A DNA stretch of 63,740 bases, the filler included, from Octopus bimaculoides (lineage: Eukaryota), in assembly GCF_001194135.2 (NCBI RefSeq). It is 7 parts of 7 records of this genome, joined end to end, with 100 filler letters (N's around TTAATTAATTAA, not from the genome) between each part and the next. Parts side by side here need not be neighbours in the genome. Positions count along the whole stretch, not along the records: positions 62,676 to 63,740 come from NW_026297461.1; 6 more parts are not named here. One strand, given 5' to 3'. Shown here piece after piece: positions 63,736-63,740 of the stretch. The notes beneath the pieces were generated by a model. That model saw nothing but the letters and a program-made list of their open reading frames with translations, did not search any database and was not told where the DNA came from. Each line of letters starts with the position of its first letter. Position 1 is the stretch's first letter. The position numbers and the translations under genes were made by a program.

Positions 63736-63740
63736 AGTGT

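Overview
AT-rich, repeat-saturated animal genomic DNA with many N gaps, most of them flanked by microsatellites. The SINE repertoire and microsatellite density look like an octopus (coleoid cephalopod) genome; this is inference, not a database match. I recognise no intact cellular protein-coding gene. Nearly all ORFs in the supplied track come from microsatellites or N runs, and the only peptides I can place are decayed transposon fragments: R4/Dong-type, RTE-type and CR1/L2/Jockey-group LINEs, a mariner, and a DD37D (maT-like) transposase. The window also holds dozens of tRNA-derived SINE copies from about five families and several MITEs with readable terminal inverted repeats (TIRs) and target-site duplications (TSDs). 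The most notable structures are: a minimal hammerhead-ribozyme-like motif in Penelope-type repeats (42632-42668, with decayed relatives); an indel-free 324-bp (108-codon) degenerate tandem repeat (about 52505-53220); a duplication-inversion-duplication inside the DD37D element; several long near-perfect fold-backs (12412-12471, 42772-42996, 58750-59073, 62293-62553); and retroposons inserted in (AAT)n tracts. I cannot support a claim of a wholly new biological system; these are leads to test.
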